The notes under the pieces: generated by a model
What the model was told of the DNA's origin: nothing
The model's database searches: none
Seen by the model: the letters and a program-made list of their open reading frames with translations, nothing else
Source: Octopus sinensis
Lineage: Eukaryota
Reading direction: 5' to 3'
Assembly: GCF_006345805.1 (NCBI RefSeq)
Contig: NW_021832985.1
Location: 1-64,000, forward strand
DNA length: 64,000 nt
In this document: positions 12,481 through 26,469 of the stretch, in pieces
How positions within the stretch are numbered: the first letter of the stretch is position 1
Layout of the letters: each line of letters begins with the position of its first letter
Translations under genes and position numbers: made by a program

Positions 12481-12682
12481 TTTTGAGGGAAGCAAACTTC
12501 TTACCACACAGCCAATTCCCCGCTTATCGTCAAAGTTATTCCAACCGTGACTATCGCATCTGTATCTTAACCATAGCAAGTGTATCTCAACCATAAATTA
12601 CATCAGTCAATCTCTTATTTCGCTTCATTTATTTATTCATTCTTTAAGAGTGTGTAATCTAACGGAGATTTAGCTGAAGCTG

Positions 12683-12725
<43 letters not shown>

Positions 12726-12840
12726 CAAAGCTGGAAATACGATAGTTTGACTAAAAGAACCGGCTATTGCAAGCAAAAATAAATATTGAAAAAGACGCAT
12801 TTGGCCAAATTTGGACATACGCAGTTTAACTTAATAGCAA

Positions 12841-12882
<42 letters not shown>

Positions 12883-13359
12883 CGGGAAGGTTTACGAAAA
12901 TAAACAAAAGACGAAGGCAGGTTATATATATATATATATAAATCTATATATATATATATATGTATGTATGCATGTATGTATATATATATATATGTATATA
13001 TATATATAGATATATATACACATATATATAAATATATGACAAATTGGGGGACCATGTAAGAAACTCATTCATTGGCTCATGTCTATGCACTTTATAATGA
13101 GGGGGAAGCACGAGATATCGTTTTCATCGTGTTTGCCAAACATGGCTCCGTTAACGCCCATCTGGGATCTTTTCAATGATTCTTATTGTTTTGATAACAT
13201 CTTTTAGTTTTACGGGACCAAATAAAAGACCACCAACATTTGTTATACTTTAGGTCAAACAGTGGAATATCTTTTTACGCCACGAAAAGGATGGATTAAT
13301 TCAATACAATATAAAACATATTTCTCTCACAGAAGTATTTGTATTACTTTACCCCGATA

Positions 13360-14660
13360 CCACCGCTGCTTCCGCCACTACTGCTGTTGCCGCCGCTGCT
13401 GCCACCGCTGCTGCTGCTGTTGCCGCTGCCTTTACCACCGCTGCTGCTGCTACCGCTGCTGCTGCTGTTGCCGCCGCTACTGCGGTTGCCGCTGCTGCTG
13501 CTGTTGGTGCCGCCCCCTGCACCCTCTCCTGCTTTCCAGCCGCTACCACCGCTGCCTCCGCTGTCGCTGCCGTCGCTACCGCTGCCGCCGCTGCCGCGCT
13601 GCCGCCGCTGCCACTGCTTCCGCTGTCGCCGCTTCCGCTGCCGCCGCTGCCGCCGCTTACGCTGCCGCCGCTTACGCTGTCGCCGCTTCCGCTGCCGCCG
13701 CTGCCACTGCTTCCGCTGTCGCCGCTGCCGCCGTTACCGTCGCCGCCGCTGCCGCCGCTGCCGCCGCTGCCGCCGCTACCGCCGTTGCCGCCGCTGCCGC
13801 CGCTGCCGCCGCTGCCGCCGCTGCCGCCACTTGCACTGCCGCCGCTGCTGCCGCTTTCGCTGCAGCCGCTTCCGCTGCCGCCGCTGCCGCCGCTGCCGCC
13901 GCTGCCGCCGCCGCTGCCGCCGCTGCCGCCGCTGCTGCCGCTTTCGCTGCAGCCGCTTCCGCTGCCGCCGCTGTCGCTGCCGTCGCTACCGCTGCCGCCG
14001 CTGCCGCCGCTTACGCTGTCGCCGCTTACGCTGTCGCCGCTTACGCTGTCGCCGCTTACGCTGTCGCCGCTTACGCTGTCGCCGCTTACGCTGTCGCCGC
14101 TTACGCTGCTGCCGCTGCCGCCGCTTACGCTACCGCCGCTTACGCTACCGCCGCTTACGCTACCGCCGCTTACGCTACCGCCGCTTACGCTGCCGCCGCT
14201 TACGCTGCCGCCGCTTGCACTGCCGCCGCTTACGCTGCCATCGCTGCCGCTGTCGCTGCCACAGCTGTCGCTACCGTCGCTGCCGCCGCTGTCGCTGCCG
14301 ACGCTGTCGCTGCCGCCGCTGTCGCTGTCGCCGCTTCCGCTGCCGCCGCTGCCGCCGCTGCCGCCGCTGCCGCCGCTGCCGCCGCTGCCGCCGCTGCCGC
14401 CGCTGCCGCCGCTGCGCCGCCGCTGCCGCCGCCGCTGCCGCCGCCGCCGCTGCCGCTTCCGCCGCTGCCGCTTCCGCCGCTGCCGCTTCCGCCGCTGCCG
14501 CTGCCGCCGCTACCACCGCTACTGCCGTCGCCGCCGCCGCCATCGCCGCTGCCGCCGCCGCCATCGCCGCTGCCGCCGCCGCCATCGCCGCTGCCGCCAT
14601 CGCCGCTATCGCTACCGCTGCCTCTGTCACCGCCTCTACCGCTGCTGACACTGCATTGGA
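13360..14660. repeat. 1.3-kb GC-rich cryptic (GCC/GCT)n trinucleotide repeat with 9- and 15-bp higher-order units
   Basis: gccgctgcc and gccgcttacgctgtc / gccgcttacgctacc units. Confidence 0.95.
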
Positions 14661-15069
14661 TGATAACACTGCTGCCTCCATCGCCACATCCACAAAAAAC
14701 ATCTCCCTGGAGACTGTCAGTTCACACGGTGTCGACGAATGTAAACAGGATGTTATAAATGTTTGTGTGTATGTGTGATTGTGTGTGAGTGTGTGCGTTT
14801 TGTGTGTGTGTGTTTGTGTTTGTGTGTGTGTGTGTGCGTGTGCATGTGTGTGCGTGTGTGTGCGTGTCTGTCCGTGTGTGCTTGCGTTAGGGTGAAATTA
14901 GGAGTTTTGACGAGTTGTGGTTTTGAAAAATTATAATAAATATTGCCACTATTAAAACACGAGTAGGCTGTTGTGTCATCAACGAACCCTCAAACGTGAT
15001 TGGTGATGCAGCAAGGTCCAATTTAAAAGATGGAGCAATTAAAAAGATGCAGCAAGGTCCGAATTTAAA

Positions 15070-15649
15070 ATATGCCAAGACACTGTGGCAGAGAATGATC
15101 CATTGGGAACTCTGTAGAAATCACGGCCTACAAAGAGCAAAGACGTGGTATGAGAAAGCTCTAGAAGGAACCACCGAAAATGAGAATTGCAAAACCCTGT
15201 GGGATGTAATGATCCAGTGCGATCATCTGACTTAGACATCGGAAACCGGACATTGTTGTGGTGAATAAAAAAGAAAGAACATGTATGAGAATCGACATTG
15301 CATGACCCGGTGACAACAGGATCAATGTGAAAGAAGAAGAAAAAATAAACAACTATGACGATTTGAAGTGGGGAATACGAAGGTTGCGATCAATGAAAAA
15401 GAGTAGACGTGATACCAATAGTAATTGGCGCACTTGGAAGTATCGGCACTGAACTACCAACGCGACTAAAATATATTGGTGCAAGTGTGGTGTGAAGGTA
15501 GAACACCGACAAAAAATCAGCATTGCCTGGAACTGCAAGAATTTTTCGCAGAGTTCTTGAAGCATGAACAGTGAACAAATGTCGCATTAGTCTGTGATAA
15601 TGGACAGCTGACACTTTCCATCATGCCCAGCAAAATAAGCTGAGTTTTC

Positions 15650-15655
<6 letters not shown>
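15070..15655 (+). mobile_element. R4/Dong-type LINE RLE domain and 3' UTR
   Basis: MIHWELCRNHG...WYE...TLWDVMIQCDH...RHRKPDIVVVNKKERTCMRIDIA...IPIVIGALG...LGTARIFRRVLEA*, then (AAT)n. Confidence 0.9.
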
Positions 15656-15741
<86 letters not shown>

Positions 15742-16884
15742 TTAATAATAATAATAACAACAACTACAACAACAACAACAATAATTGAAGCTTTGTCAGT
15801 GAACAGGTCGCTGTCTCAAAGCGACGAAAATATTTTGACAAATTAAATTTAAATGTTGAAGTGAATCTAACGGTTTTGTGTGTTGTTTTAAATGGCTTAC
15901 AAACACCTTCCACGCTGCAATTGTTTCCGTTCCAGCACGCGATCTCAGATCAAGCCACTCGCTATGCAAGTACATCTCCGTAATAATATATATATATATA
16001 TATAAATAATTTTTATTGGCCACAAAGGCTAATATAACTCAAAAACATTAAAGAACAACTGAAGGCGATAAACAAAAAGTGAACCAGTGCGTGAGTTTAT
16101 TATTGGCACAATGCTTCTATTTTTCTTGTCAAAGTATTAAGAATCAGTGCATCAGATGATCGGTTTAAAAGTTGAGAAAACTGTTTTTTTGCTTTTTAAA
16201 AGAAATTTCACCTAATGTAATAATAGATGGCAGAATCGACAGAGTGCTGGACCAAAGTTCTTGTGGTATTTAGTTCAGGATATTTACGTTCAAAGATCAA
16301 ATTCTCCTATAATAAACTTTGCTATTCACAAACTAGCACCGATGTAATTCAGTGAAAATAGTCTCGACCGAGAAAGGTGAGATGAATGGACCTGATATTT
16401 TATTTTTTGATCCCGAAAGGATAAAAGCCACCGGGACTTGAACTCAAAATGCAGTGAACTTGTAAGATTGTTGTCAAGTAATCTACACGTCGCTCTAAAG
16501 GCTTTTCACTTGACCGCCCCTGGCCGAAATTGAAACCTTCCCCTATACATGCGCGCGCATACACACACACACACACACCAGCACTGACCTACATACACAT
16601 TCACGCACATATAGCCGATTTAATGGGATTTAGGAACCCGAGCGGTTATCTCGGTTAAGAATCTGGCGAATATTGGCGAACATAGTGCTTAGAAATGAAC
16701 AAATTTTCCTTAAAAGAAATCGTTTCATACAAGCGGAAATTCCAGTGATAATTTTTTTAGTTGTTCCGTAAAATACAGTAAAATACAAAATGTCCAAGAA
16801 CGGAGGTGCTGGTATAACATTTGTTCTTTCCCTACGACCGTTTCGCTAATGAGGTTCGGACACATCATGAATATAAATAACCTT

Positions 16885-17712
16885 TTCTACTCTAGGCACA
16901 AGGCCAACACTTTTGGGGGAGAGGGGCAGTCGATTAGATCGACTCCAGTACGCAACTGCTACTTAATTCATCAACCCCGAAAGGAACAAAGTCAAAGTTG
17001 ATAGCGGCGGAATTTGAACTCAGAACGTAACGGCAGACGAAATACCTATTTCTTTACTACCCAAAAGGGGCTACACACAGAGGGGACAACCAAGGACAGA
17101 CAAACGGATTAAGTCGATTATATCGACCCCAGTGCGTAACTGGTATTTAATTTATCGACCCCGAAAGGATGAAAGGCAAAGTCGACCTCGGCGGAATTTG
17201 AATTCACAACGTAACGGCAGACGAAATACCTCTAAGTATTTCGTCTGGCGTGCTAACGATTCTGCCAGCTCGCCGCCTTGGACGAACGAAATGCTTATTT
17301 CTTTACTACCCACAAGGGGCTAAACACAGAGAGGCCAAACAAGAACAGACAAACGGATTAAATCGATTATATCAATTCAAGTGCGTAACTGGAACTTATT
17401 TAATCGACCCCGAAAGGATGAAAGACAAAGTCGACCTCGGCGGAATTTGAACTCAGAACTTAGCGTCAGACGAAATACCTATTTCTTTACTACCCACAAG
17501 GGGCTAAACACAGAGAGGACAAACAAGGACAGACAAACGGAGTAAATCGATTATATCGACTCCAGTGCGTAACTGGTACTTATTTAATCGATCCCGAAAG
17601 GATGAAAGGCAAAGTCGACCTCGGCAGAATTTGAACTCAGAACGTAAAGGTAGACGAAATACCGCTAAGCATTTCGCCCGACGTGCTAACGCTTCTGCCA
17701 GCTCGCCCCCTT
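16885..17712 (-). mobile_element. Tandem tetramer of tRNA-derived SINE family B
   Basis: Four units; A-box tggcagaatcg, B-box gagttcaaattc; junctions at 17046/7, ~17280-17295 and 17479/80. Confidence 0.9.
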
Positions 17713-17747
17713 ATGAATATAATTAATGCTTATGTAATAGGCGTAGG

Positions 17748-17945
17748 CGTGGCTGTGTAGTAAGAAGCTTACTTCTCAATCACACGTTCCTGGGTTCAGT
17801 CCCACTGTCTACTACTATAGTCTCGAGCCGACCAATGCCTTGTGAGTGGATTTCCAAAACGGAAACTGAAAGAAGCCTGTCTTACACACGCACTCACGCC
17901 CGCGCGTATGTATGTTTGTGTTTGCTTGTCCCCCACCACTTGACT
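17748..17945 (+). mobile_element. SINE family A, 5' half
   Basis: ggcgtggctgtgtagtaag...gggttcagtcccactg. Confidence 0.8.
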
Positions 17946-18277
17946 GTGATGTAAGGTGGCCTGTAACTATAATTGAAGATAACTGGGCATTTCTTACGTA
18001 ATAGTAAGCCGGGTCTGAGAACTCTAAAGGAGGTATGTGTATCTGTGAAATACCCAACGATATTTCACATACATATGATTCAGGGATATGTAACGCCCGA
18101 TTGATTGAAGAACTGGAATGATCAGTGTCGAAAGCGACGGAGGTCCATTTAGTGTAAGAGATCGTATATCAAAGTAAAAGAAAATATTTGTCTCCGAACG
18201 TCGCACATATGGGACTTGGTGAGTTAGAGAAAACAGATGATAGAAAATATGAAGAGAAGAAGAAAGGAAAGAGAAGG

Positions 18278-18324
<47 letters not shown>

Positions 18325-19019
18325 GTAGGAGAGAGAAAGACAGACAGAGACAGAGACAGAGAGAAATTAAAACATATATATCGAGGGAGGAAGTGTGGGA
18401 GGGGATATGTCGGGGAAGGTCGGCAGAGAAGGGGCGGGAGGGCAAAGGGGAGAAAAAGAAAAGAAGAGTGATAGAGAACTGGGTACATTGTCTTTGGTAT
18501 AAAGGGCCTTACCCTGTAAACCGACTAAGGATGAATATTTACACGAATATCCGTGTCTTGGACAAAGGGTTATACAAAGTTGGCCCCTACATGGAAGTAC
18601 AAACAAACTCCTTAGAACCGAAAGCAATATGATCTTTGTGGGTGTGTACGTTTGTATATACATGCATACATACATACATATACACACAGACACACACGCG
18701 TACACACACATACACATACACACACACAGACACACACACACACACACACGCATATATATATATACACAAGCATACTCATTTAGCTATGTATGTGTGTGTG
18801 TGTGTGTGTGTGTATGTGTGTTTGTATGATTGTCAACGTGTGTGTTTTGTTGTTGATTATGTTTAATGTTGAAGTGAAACGGGTGCCAGAACAGATATTG
18901 ATAGACTAGCGAAAAGGGGAGGTGTGGGTGAAGAAGAAAGAGAGAGAGGGGGAGGGGAGAGAGAGAGAAGAGAAAGAGAGCGGGATGAATGGCGGGGGAT
19001 GGAGGGGGAAAAGAAAATA

Positions 19020-19273
19020 GGAGGATACATGCATATATACATACATACACATATATATATATATATACATGCATACATATATACATGCATACATACATAC
19101 ATATATATATATATATAGACATGCATACATACATATATACATGCATACATACATACATACATACATATATACATGCATACATACATACATATATACATGC
19201 ATACATACATATATACATGCATACATACATACATATATATATATATAGACATGCATACATACATATATACATG

Positions 19274-19305
<32 letters not shown>

Positions 19306-19795
19306 CATGCATACATACATACATACATACATATATACATGCATACATACATACATATATACATGCATACATACACGTCTATATACATACTTACATGCAT
19401 GCATACATATATACTTACATGCTTGCATGCATACATATATACATACATATATACATAGACACATACATGCCTACAAAGATAATTGCATACCTATATACAT
19501 ACATGCATGCATGCATACATACATACATGCATACATACATGCATACACACATGCATGCATACATACATACATACATACATGCATACATACACACATACAT
19601 ACATACACACACACATGCATACGTACACGTCTATATACATACTTACATGCATACATACACGTCTATATAGATACTTACATGCATGCATACATATATACTT
19701 ACATGCTTGCATGCATGCATACATATATACATACACAATTACATACATGCCTGCAAAAATACATGCATACGTATATACATACATGCATACATGCA

Positions 19796-19829
<34 letters not shown>

Positions 19830-20006
19830 CATACATACACACATACGTACATGCATACATACATATATACATACATGAATGCATGCATACGTACATATAT
19901 ACATACATGCATACATACATACGTAGAGGCATACAAATACATACTTTCATATGCACGAACATATAAACATATATGTAGACATGAAAACATCTTTGTATGT
20001 GTGTAT

Positions 20007-20041
<35 letters not shown>

Positions 20042-20139
20042 GAATATGAGAGAGAGAGTGAGAGGGAGAGAGATATATATGAACGCATGTGTGTGTATGC
20101 GTATGATGTATATATATATTATATATATATATATATGCC

Positions 20140-20198
<59 letters not shown>

Positions 20199-20250
20199 TA
20201 TCTACATCTGTGTGTATATGTTAATGTGTGTGTGTGCGTGTGTGTGCATA
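19020..20250. repeat. Cryptic (TACA/TGCA/TA)n microsatellite field
   Basis: Direct inspection; source of many spurious His/Thr/Tyr/Ile ORFs. Confidence 0.95.
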
Positions 20251-20376
20251 TGGAATGTTTTCCCATGTGTTTGTAAATGGCAAAATTTTTTTTTGTTTCA
20301 AACTTGCCCCTCCCCACGTGTTTCCACACCCTAAATAAAAGCGAAAAAAGACTGGGGAAGATGAAGAAACTAACAA

Positions 20377-20384
20377 ATAATAAC

Positions 20385-20419
<35 letters not shown>

Positions 20420-20486
20420 TAATAATAATAATAATAATGATAATAATAATAATAATAATGATAATAATAATAATAATAATAACAAA

Positions 20487-20527
<41 letters not shown>

Positions 20528-20754
20528 TAATAATAATAATAATAATAATGATAATAATAATAATAATAATAATAATCATAATAATGATGATGATGATGAT
20601 GATGATGATGATAACAATAATAACGATGATAATAATAATAATAATAATAACAACAATAATAATAACAATAATAATAACAATAATAATGGCAATAATAACA
20701 ATAATAATGACAATAATAATAATAATAACAACAACAACAATAATGATGATGATG

Positions 20755-20812
<58 letters not shown>

Positions 20813-20971
20813 CAATAATAATGATGATGATGATAATAATAATAATAATATAATAATATATAATAATAATAATAACAATAATAATAATACTAATAATAAT
20901 AATATAATAATAATAATAACAACAATAATAATGATGATGATGATATAATAATAATACAATAATAATAATAT

Positions 20972-21066
<95 letters not shown>

Positions 21067-21106
21067 CAATAATAATGATGATGATGATATAATAATAATA
21101 ATAAAA

Positions 21107-21142
<36 letters not shown>

Positions 21143-21149
21143 AATAATA

Positions 21150-21191
<42 letters not shown>

Positions 21192-21240
21192 TAATAATAA
21201 TAATAATAATGATAATAATGATAATAATGATAATAATAAT
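20377..21240. repeat. (AAT/AAC/GAT)n compound microsatellite
   Basis: Direct inspection; source of the poly-Asn/Ile ORFs. Confidence 0.97.
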
Positions 21241-21468
21241 AGTATTCACATAAAAACGCAAACAGAGAATTTGTTTAAATCGTGTATATCGCGCGCTGAT
21301 TCTTGTTTGTAGGTGAGAGTGCAAACCGTATTACGGGCCTCTCACCTTACACGTCTGATATATAGTTTCTCTATGTATCTATGTTTGTGTGTATAAATAT
21401 ATATATATATACACACATATATATATATATACATATATATATATGTATATATATATATATTTATCTAT

Positions 21469-21508
<40 letters not shown>

Positions 21509-22075
21509 GTATAAGTTTATGTATATGTATGTTTTATATGTAGATGTACATGTACATATATATGTATATATATTTGTGTGCGTATATACATATTTATGCG
21601 TGTGTGCGCGTTTGTGAGTGTGTGCGCGTGTTTGTATGTGTGTATGTGTGTGTACGCGTTTGTGAGTGTGTGTATCATTATTTGTTTATCTGTATTCTCT
21701 TGGCCACTTGGGAGTTATTCGCTTATAGAGATAAAACCCCCCCCAAAAAAAACCAAAAAAAGCAGAACAGAAAAGAAAAGAAACAAACAGTAAAAGGAAT
21801 AAAGAAGGTGAAAGAGAAGGAGACAGAGGCAGAGAGTGAATGAGTGAGAGAGAGCGAGAGAGAGAGAGAGAGAGAGAGAGAAGCGAGGGAGTGTGTGTGT
21901 GTGTGTGTGAGTGTATGTAAGTATGTGTGTTTGTGTGTGTGTGTGGTTATTTTGTAATTATGTTTGTGAACAAGATTTGACAAACTGTTGACCTAGATAT
22001 GTTCAGAGAAATGTCTAAAAAAATTCGGTTAGAGGTTACTAAATCTAGTTAATGAAAGTTTTATCTTAATCCGGG

Positions 22076-22164
<89 letters not shown>

Positions 22165-22210
22165 TATATATATATATATGTATATTCATATATATGAATA
22201 CATACAGACT

Positions 22211-22242
<32 letters not shown>

Positions 22243-22423
22243 TATGCCTGTACATGTGTAATACATACATATATATATATGTCTGTATTTATATATGTAT
22301 ATAGAAATACGTGCGTGCCCGTGGGTGTGTACATGCATATATGCATATATTGACGCAAATATATGCATGCATACATACGTACATGCATGCATACATACAT
22401 ACATACATACATACACATATATA

Positions 22424-22471
<48 letters not shown>

Positions 22472-22944
22472 GCGTATATAGATTAATCTATATATTTATG
22501 CACATACACACTCATATATACATATATATTTATTTAGGTATTTATGTGTGTATGTACATATATACATACATACATACATATATATATATATATACCTCTA
22601 ATGTATTTTTTCTTCCATGAAGTCAGTACAATGTTTAGAGAGATGGAACTGCAAATATCCCACGTATGAAAACGCAGCAGCCCCGTTGCTCGCTCGGGTT
22701 CACTCTGCTTCTTAAATGATCATAATTGAAAGCGAGATGAGACGAAACCGATAAGTTAGTTACCAGTGGTTTCGTATATTTTCTCCGTCACCTTCAGCAA
22801 CTTTTCGAAGTCTATACCACCAGGAAGATGAACAAAGTGGCGTATTACAAAGGGTCCTCATCGATTCGTTCCTAGGGTCATACATGCGCATGTATGCAGC
22901 GTTATATACGTATGTGCATACATTATGTCTATATTTGTTTGTAT

Positions 22945-22953
22945 GTACTTCTA

Positions 22954-22999
<46 letters not shown>

Positions 23000-23045
23000 C
23001 CTATGTATATATATCTCTCTCTCTATCTCTCTATCTTTATCTATG

Positions 23046-23120
<75 letters not shown>

Positions 23121-23138
23121 ATATATATATATATATAT
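22945..23138. repeat. (TATC)n then (TA)n microsatellite
   Basis: Direct inspection. Confidence 0.97.
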
Positions 23139-23139
23139 A

Positions 23140-23876
23140 GTATTTTACGTTCTGAGTTCAAATTCCGCCGAGGCCGACTTTGCCTTTCATCCTTTCGGGA
23201 TCGATAAATAAAGTACCAGTTACGCATTGGGGCCGGTATAATCGACTTAGTCCGTTTGTCTGTCCTTGTTCGTCCACTCTGTGTTTAGCCCCTTGTGTGT
23301 AGTAAAGAAATAGGTATTTCGTCTGCCGTTGCGTTCTGAGTTCAAATTCCGCCGAGGTCGACTTTGCCTTTCATCCTTTCGGGGTCGATAAATTAAGTAC
23401 CCTGTTATGCATTAGGGCCGGTATAATCGACTTAATCTGTTTGTCTGTCCATGTTTTTCCCCTCTGTGTTTAGCCCCTTGTGGGCAGTAAAGAAATAAGA
23501 AATGTTAGCACGCCGGGCGAAATGCGTAGCCGTATTTCGTCTGCTGTTATGTTCTGAGTTCAAATTCTGCCGAAGTCGACTTTGCATTTCGTGCCTGCTA
23601 CACACTGAGGTCGATATAATCGACTTAATCCGTTTGTCTTTCCTTGTTTATCCCCTCCGTGTTTAACCCCTTGTGGGTAGTAAAGAAATAGGTATTTTGT
23701 CTGCCGTTACGTTTTGAGTTCAATTTCCGCCGAGGTCGACTTTGCCTTTCATTCTTTCGGGGCCGATAAATTAAGTACCAGTTACGCAGTGGGGTCGATG
23801 TAATCAACTTAATACCTTTGTCTGTCCTTGTTTGTCTCCTCTATGTTTGGCCCCTTGTGGGCAATAAAGAAATAAC
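23140..23876 (+). mobile_element. Tandem tetramer of SINE family B
   Basis: Four units; junctions at 23312/3, ~23500 and 23690/1. Confidence 0.9.
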
Positions 23877-24467
23877 TATGAAACGCAAAGCCGGCCTCGT
23901 ACAGAGTTGAACTCAGAACTCAAAGAGCCGGAACAGAATACTGGAATGTACTTTACCTAACGATCCAACGATACTACCGACTCGCCGCCACAGTTGTACT
24001 AAGTAAATGTGTCTAATTTAAACACAAGACCAACAATGTTGAAGGGCGGAGCATAGTTGGTACCACCATTTCCAGCTTGCTGTCTTATGTGTAATAATTA
24101 AAAGCAGGAACAACAAAACCCAGCTGGAGCAACAACAGTAACAAAAGCAGTAACAGCAACAACAACAACAATTACAACTAAAACAGCAACACTGTAAATG
24201 TATTGGCCTTTTACCAAATCAAAAATATTTTATAATTCTATTTGTTGTTTGTGTATTTTATTTATTGAGGGAATTAGGCCATCTCAACTAAATTTAAACT
24301 CCCTGAAAATTGGGATTGCTTTTGCCGGATTATCCCTTACTAAGATTCGATTTGATCATACACTAACGGATTTAGAAATATTAATATAATCTTTTTTTTC
24401 TTACTGCAATTTATATTTACTTTCCCTCGTTGAATTATTTGAGTATTATAGATAATTAATAATAACA

Positions 24468-24524
<57 letters not shown>

Positions 24525-24931
24525 GGCGCAGGAGTGGCTGTGTGGTAAGTAGCTTGCTAAACAACCACATGGTTCCGGGTTCAGTCCCACTGCGTGGCAT
24601 CTTGGGCAAGTGTCTTCTGCTATAGCCTCGGGCTGACCAATGCCTTGTGAGTGGATTTGGTAGATGAAAACTGATAGAAGCCTGTTGTATATATGTATAT
24701 ATATATATGTATGTGAGTGTGTTTGTGTGTCTGTGTTTGTCTCCCTAGCATTGCTTGACAACCGATGCTGGTGTGTTTACGTCCCCGTCACTTAGCGGTT
24801 CGGCAAAAGAGACTGATAGAATAAGTACTGGGCTTACAAAGAATAAGTCCCGAGGTCGATTTGCTCGACTAAAGGCGGTGCTCCAGCATGGCCGCAGTCA
24901 AATGACTGAAACAAGTAAAAGAGTAAAAGAG
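24525..24931 (+). mobile_element. Full-length tRNA-derived SINE family A inside (AAT)n
   Basis: A-box tggctgtgtgg, B-box ggttcagtccc, central TA/TG linker, tail (gtaaaaga)n. Further copies: 29023-29448 (-), 33599-33995 (-), ~34605-34930 (-), 46179-46577 (+), ~52132-52495 (-), ~59300-59705 (+). Confidence 0.92.
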
Positions 24932-24944
24932 TAATAATAATAAC

Positions 24945-25018
<74 letters not shown>

Positions 25019-25020
<2 letters not shown>

Positions 25021-25573
25021 CCCTGATGCAGTACCAGGCAGTGGCTCTCATGGCTTTTGATCTTAACTGATTGGAAGTGTTATCATGTACATTGTTTTGT
25101 CTTGGTATAAAAGATGGGCTACAGCAAATATTCTGCTCAATACCACAGATTTGCTTGTCAGTTGTTTGACCTTAACCAGTTGAGCATGTCCCTTAGTGGC
25201 TGACGATATGTGCATCTCTGATCACGACCAGAAGTAGTGGGGGAGCATCATAGCCATGTGTTGAGAGGGATTCTTTGGGGTTTGAATAATTCACCTCTGG
25301 AAACATGGGTGGTTTTTTCAACATCCTTAAACAACCCTTATTCAGGGACCGTTTGAGCGGGATGGGCTACTCAACCTGAAGAAAATTCTAACTGGGCCCC
25401 ACCTGCAAGGTCATGTGCTGTTTATCTTGATATGAGATCACCATGTCGCGCACATATGGTTGTGATGCATGTGCCTGGTGTACCCTTATCAGACGGGTAG
25501 TCATGATGGGTATATTGGGCTTCGTATATTTTACCCCAGTGTCACTTTGATGGCATGAACTGCTCTCTCACTC
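25019..25573 (+). mobile_element. AAT-embedded non-coding element E, longest copy (~555 bp)
   Basis: (AAT)n on both sides; copies at 7193-7698 and a diverged fragment at ~30415-30585. Confidence 0.88.
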
Positions 25574-25613
<40 letters not shown>

Positions 25614-25695
25614 TTAACAACAATAACAACGACGACGACGACGATGATGATTGATGATGATGATGATGGTGATGATGGTGGTGATGATGATGATA

Positions 25696-25739
<44 letters not shown>

Positions 25740-25794
25740 AAGCATCACCCTAAGGCTGTAAATGAGGGGGAAATCTAGCCGTTCTTTGGAACTT

Positions 25795-26400
25795 TCCAGT
25801 CCATACAGACAGAACCATCCAAGCTAATAAACCGGATATTGTTGTGTAAGATCAAAACGATAAAGTTTATTTATGGATCGATATGTTTATTCCTTTTGAT
25901 CATATGTATATTTATATATGTTTAATCATAATATCTGATCATATATATTATCCGATAAAAGATATCTGATCAAACATATCAATATATTTGATCATAATAT
26001 CTCGGCAAAAGAATTTGGCAAGCGCAGAAAATAGAAAGATTTGCGCGTTGAAATTTTTAAGAAGTGTGGCATCTCAAGGTGGTTAGAATACTAATGATTG
26101 TAGGAGCACTTGGAATGATAAAAAAAAAAGAAAGAAACTGAAAATTATTTTGGAATTATCCCTGGCTTATCATCAATGCCAAGAGTGCAAAAGGTTGTTT
26201 TATGGTACATAACGCGTATTAAGAAGAGCATTGTCGCTGTGAGAACGATTACCGCCCATGTAATTTTTTTTGCATACAACTTAATTTCATTTTGAAATCT
26301 GATGTATTTAGTTTAATGGCCTAGCAATGTATACAGTGTGTTTATTTGATATAAGTGTCGGGAAGACATCGACAAAGCATAGAAACAAAATTGAAAGAAG
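25795..26400 (+). mobile_element. Older R4/Dong-type LINE 3' fragment
   Basis: IQTDRTIQANKPDIVV...KDLRVEI...IVGALGMIKK...IPGLSS...VLRRALSL*. Confidence 0.78.
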
Positions 26401-26469
26401 GGAAAAAATTAAAACAACAACAACAAAAATAATAATAATAATATTTTTAAAAGGATTGACGTAACTCTT

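Noticed and set aside
21311-21347. 9-bp hairpin containing GCAAACC, reminiscent of a c-di-GMP riboswitch
   Set aside because: The second conserved element is absent and the eukaryotic context gives no support.
22753-22805. Another hammerhead-like string on the minus strand (ctgaaggtgac...cgaaaccactggta)
   Set aside because: The core has G at position 9 and stem I is out of register; too degenerate to call.
24885-24915. Hairpin followed by GAAAC in the family A tail as a hammerhead
   Set aside because: No CUGANGA upstream and no stems I or III.
25019-25080. HDV-like or hammerhead ribozyme at the 5' end of element E
   Set aside because: CTGATGC lacks A9, and I could not build a P1/P2/P3 nested pseudoknot by hand. 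A covariance search would be needed.
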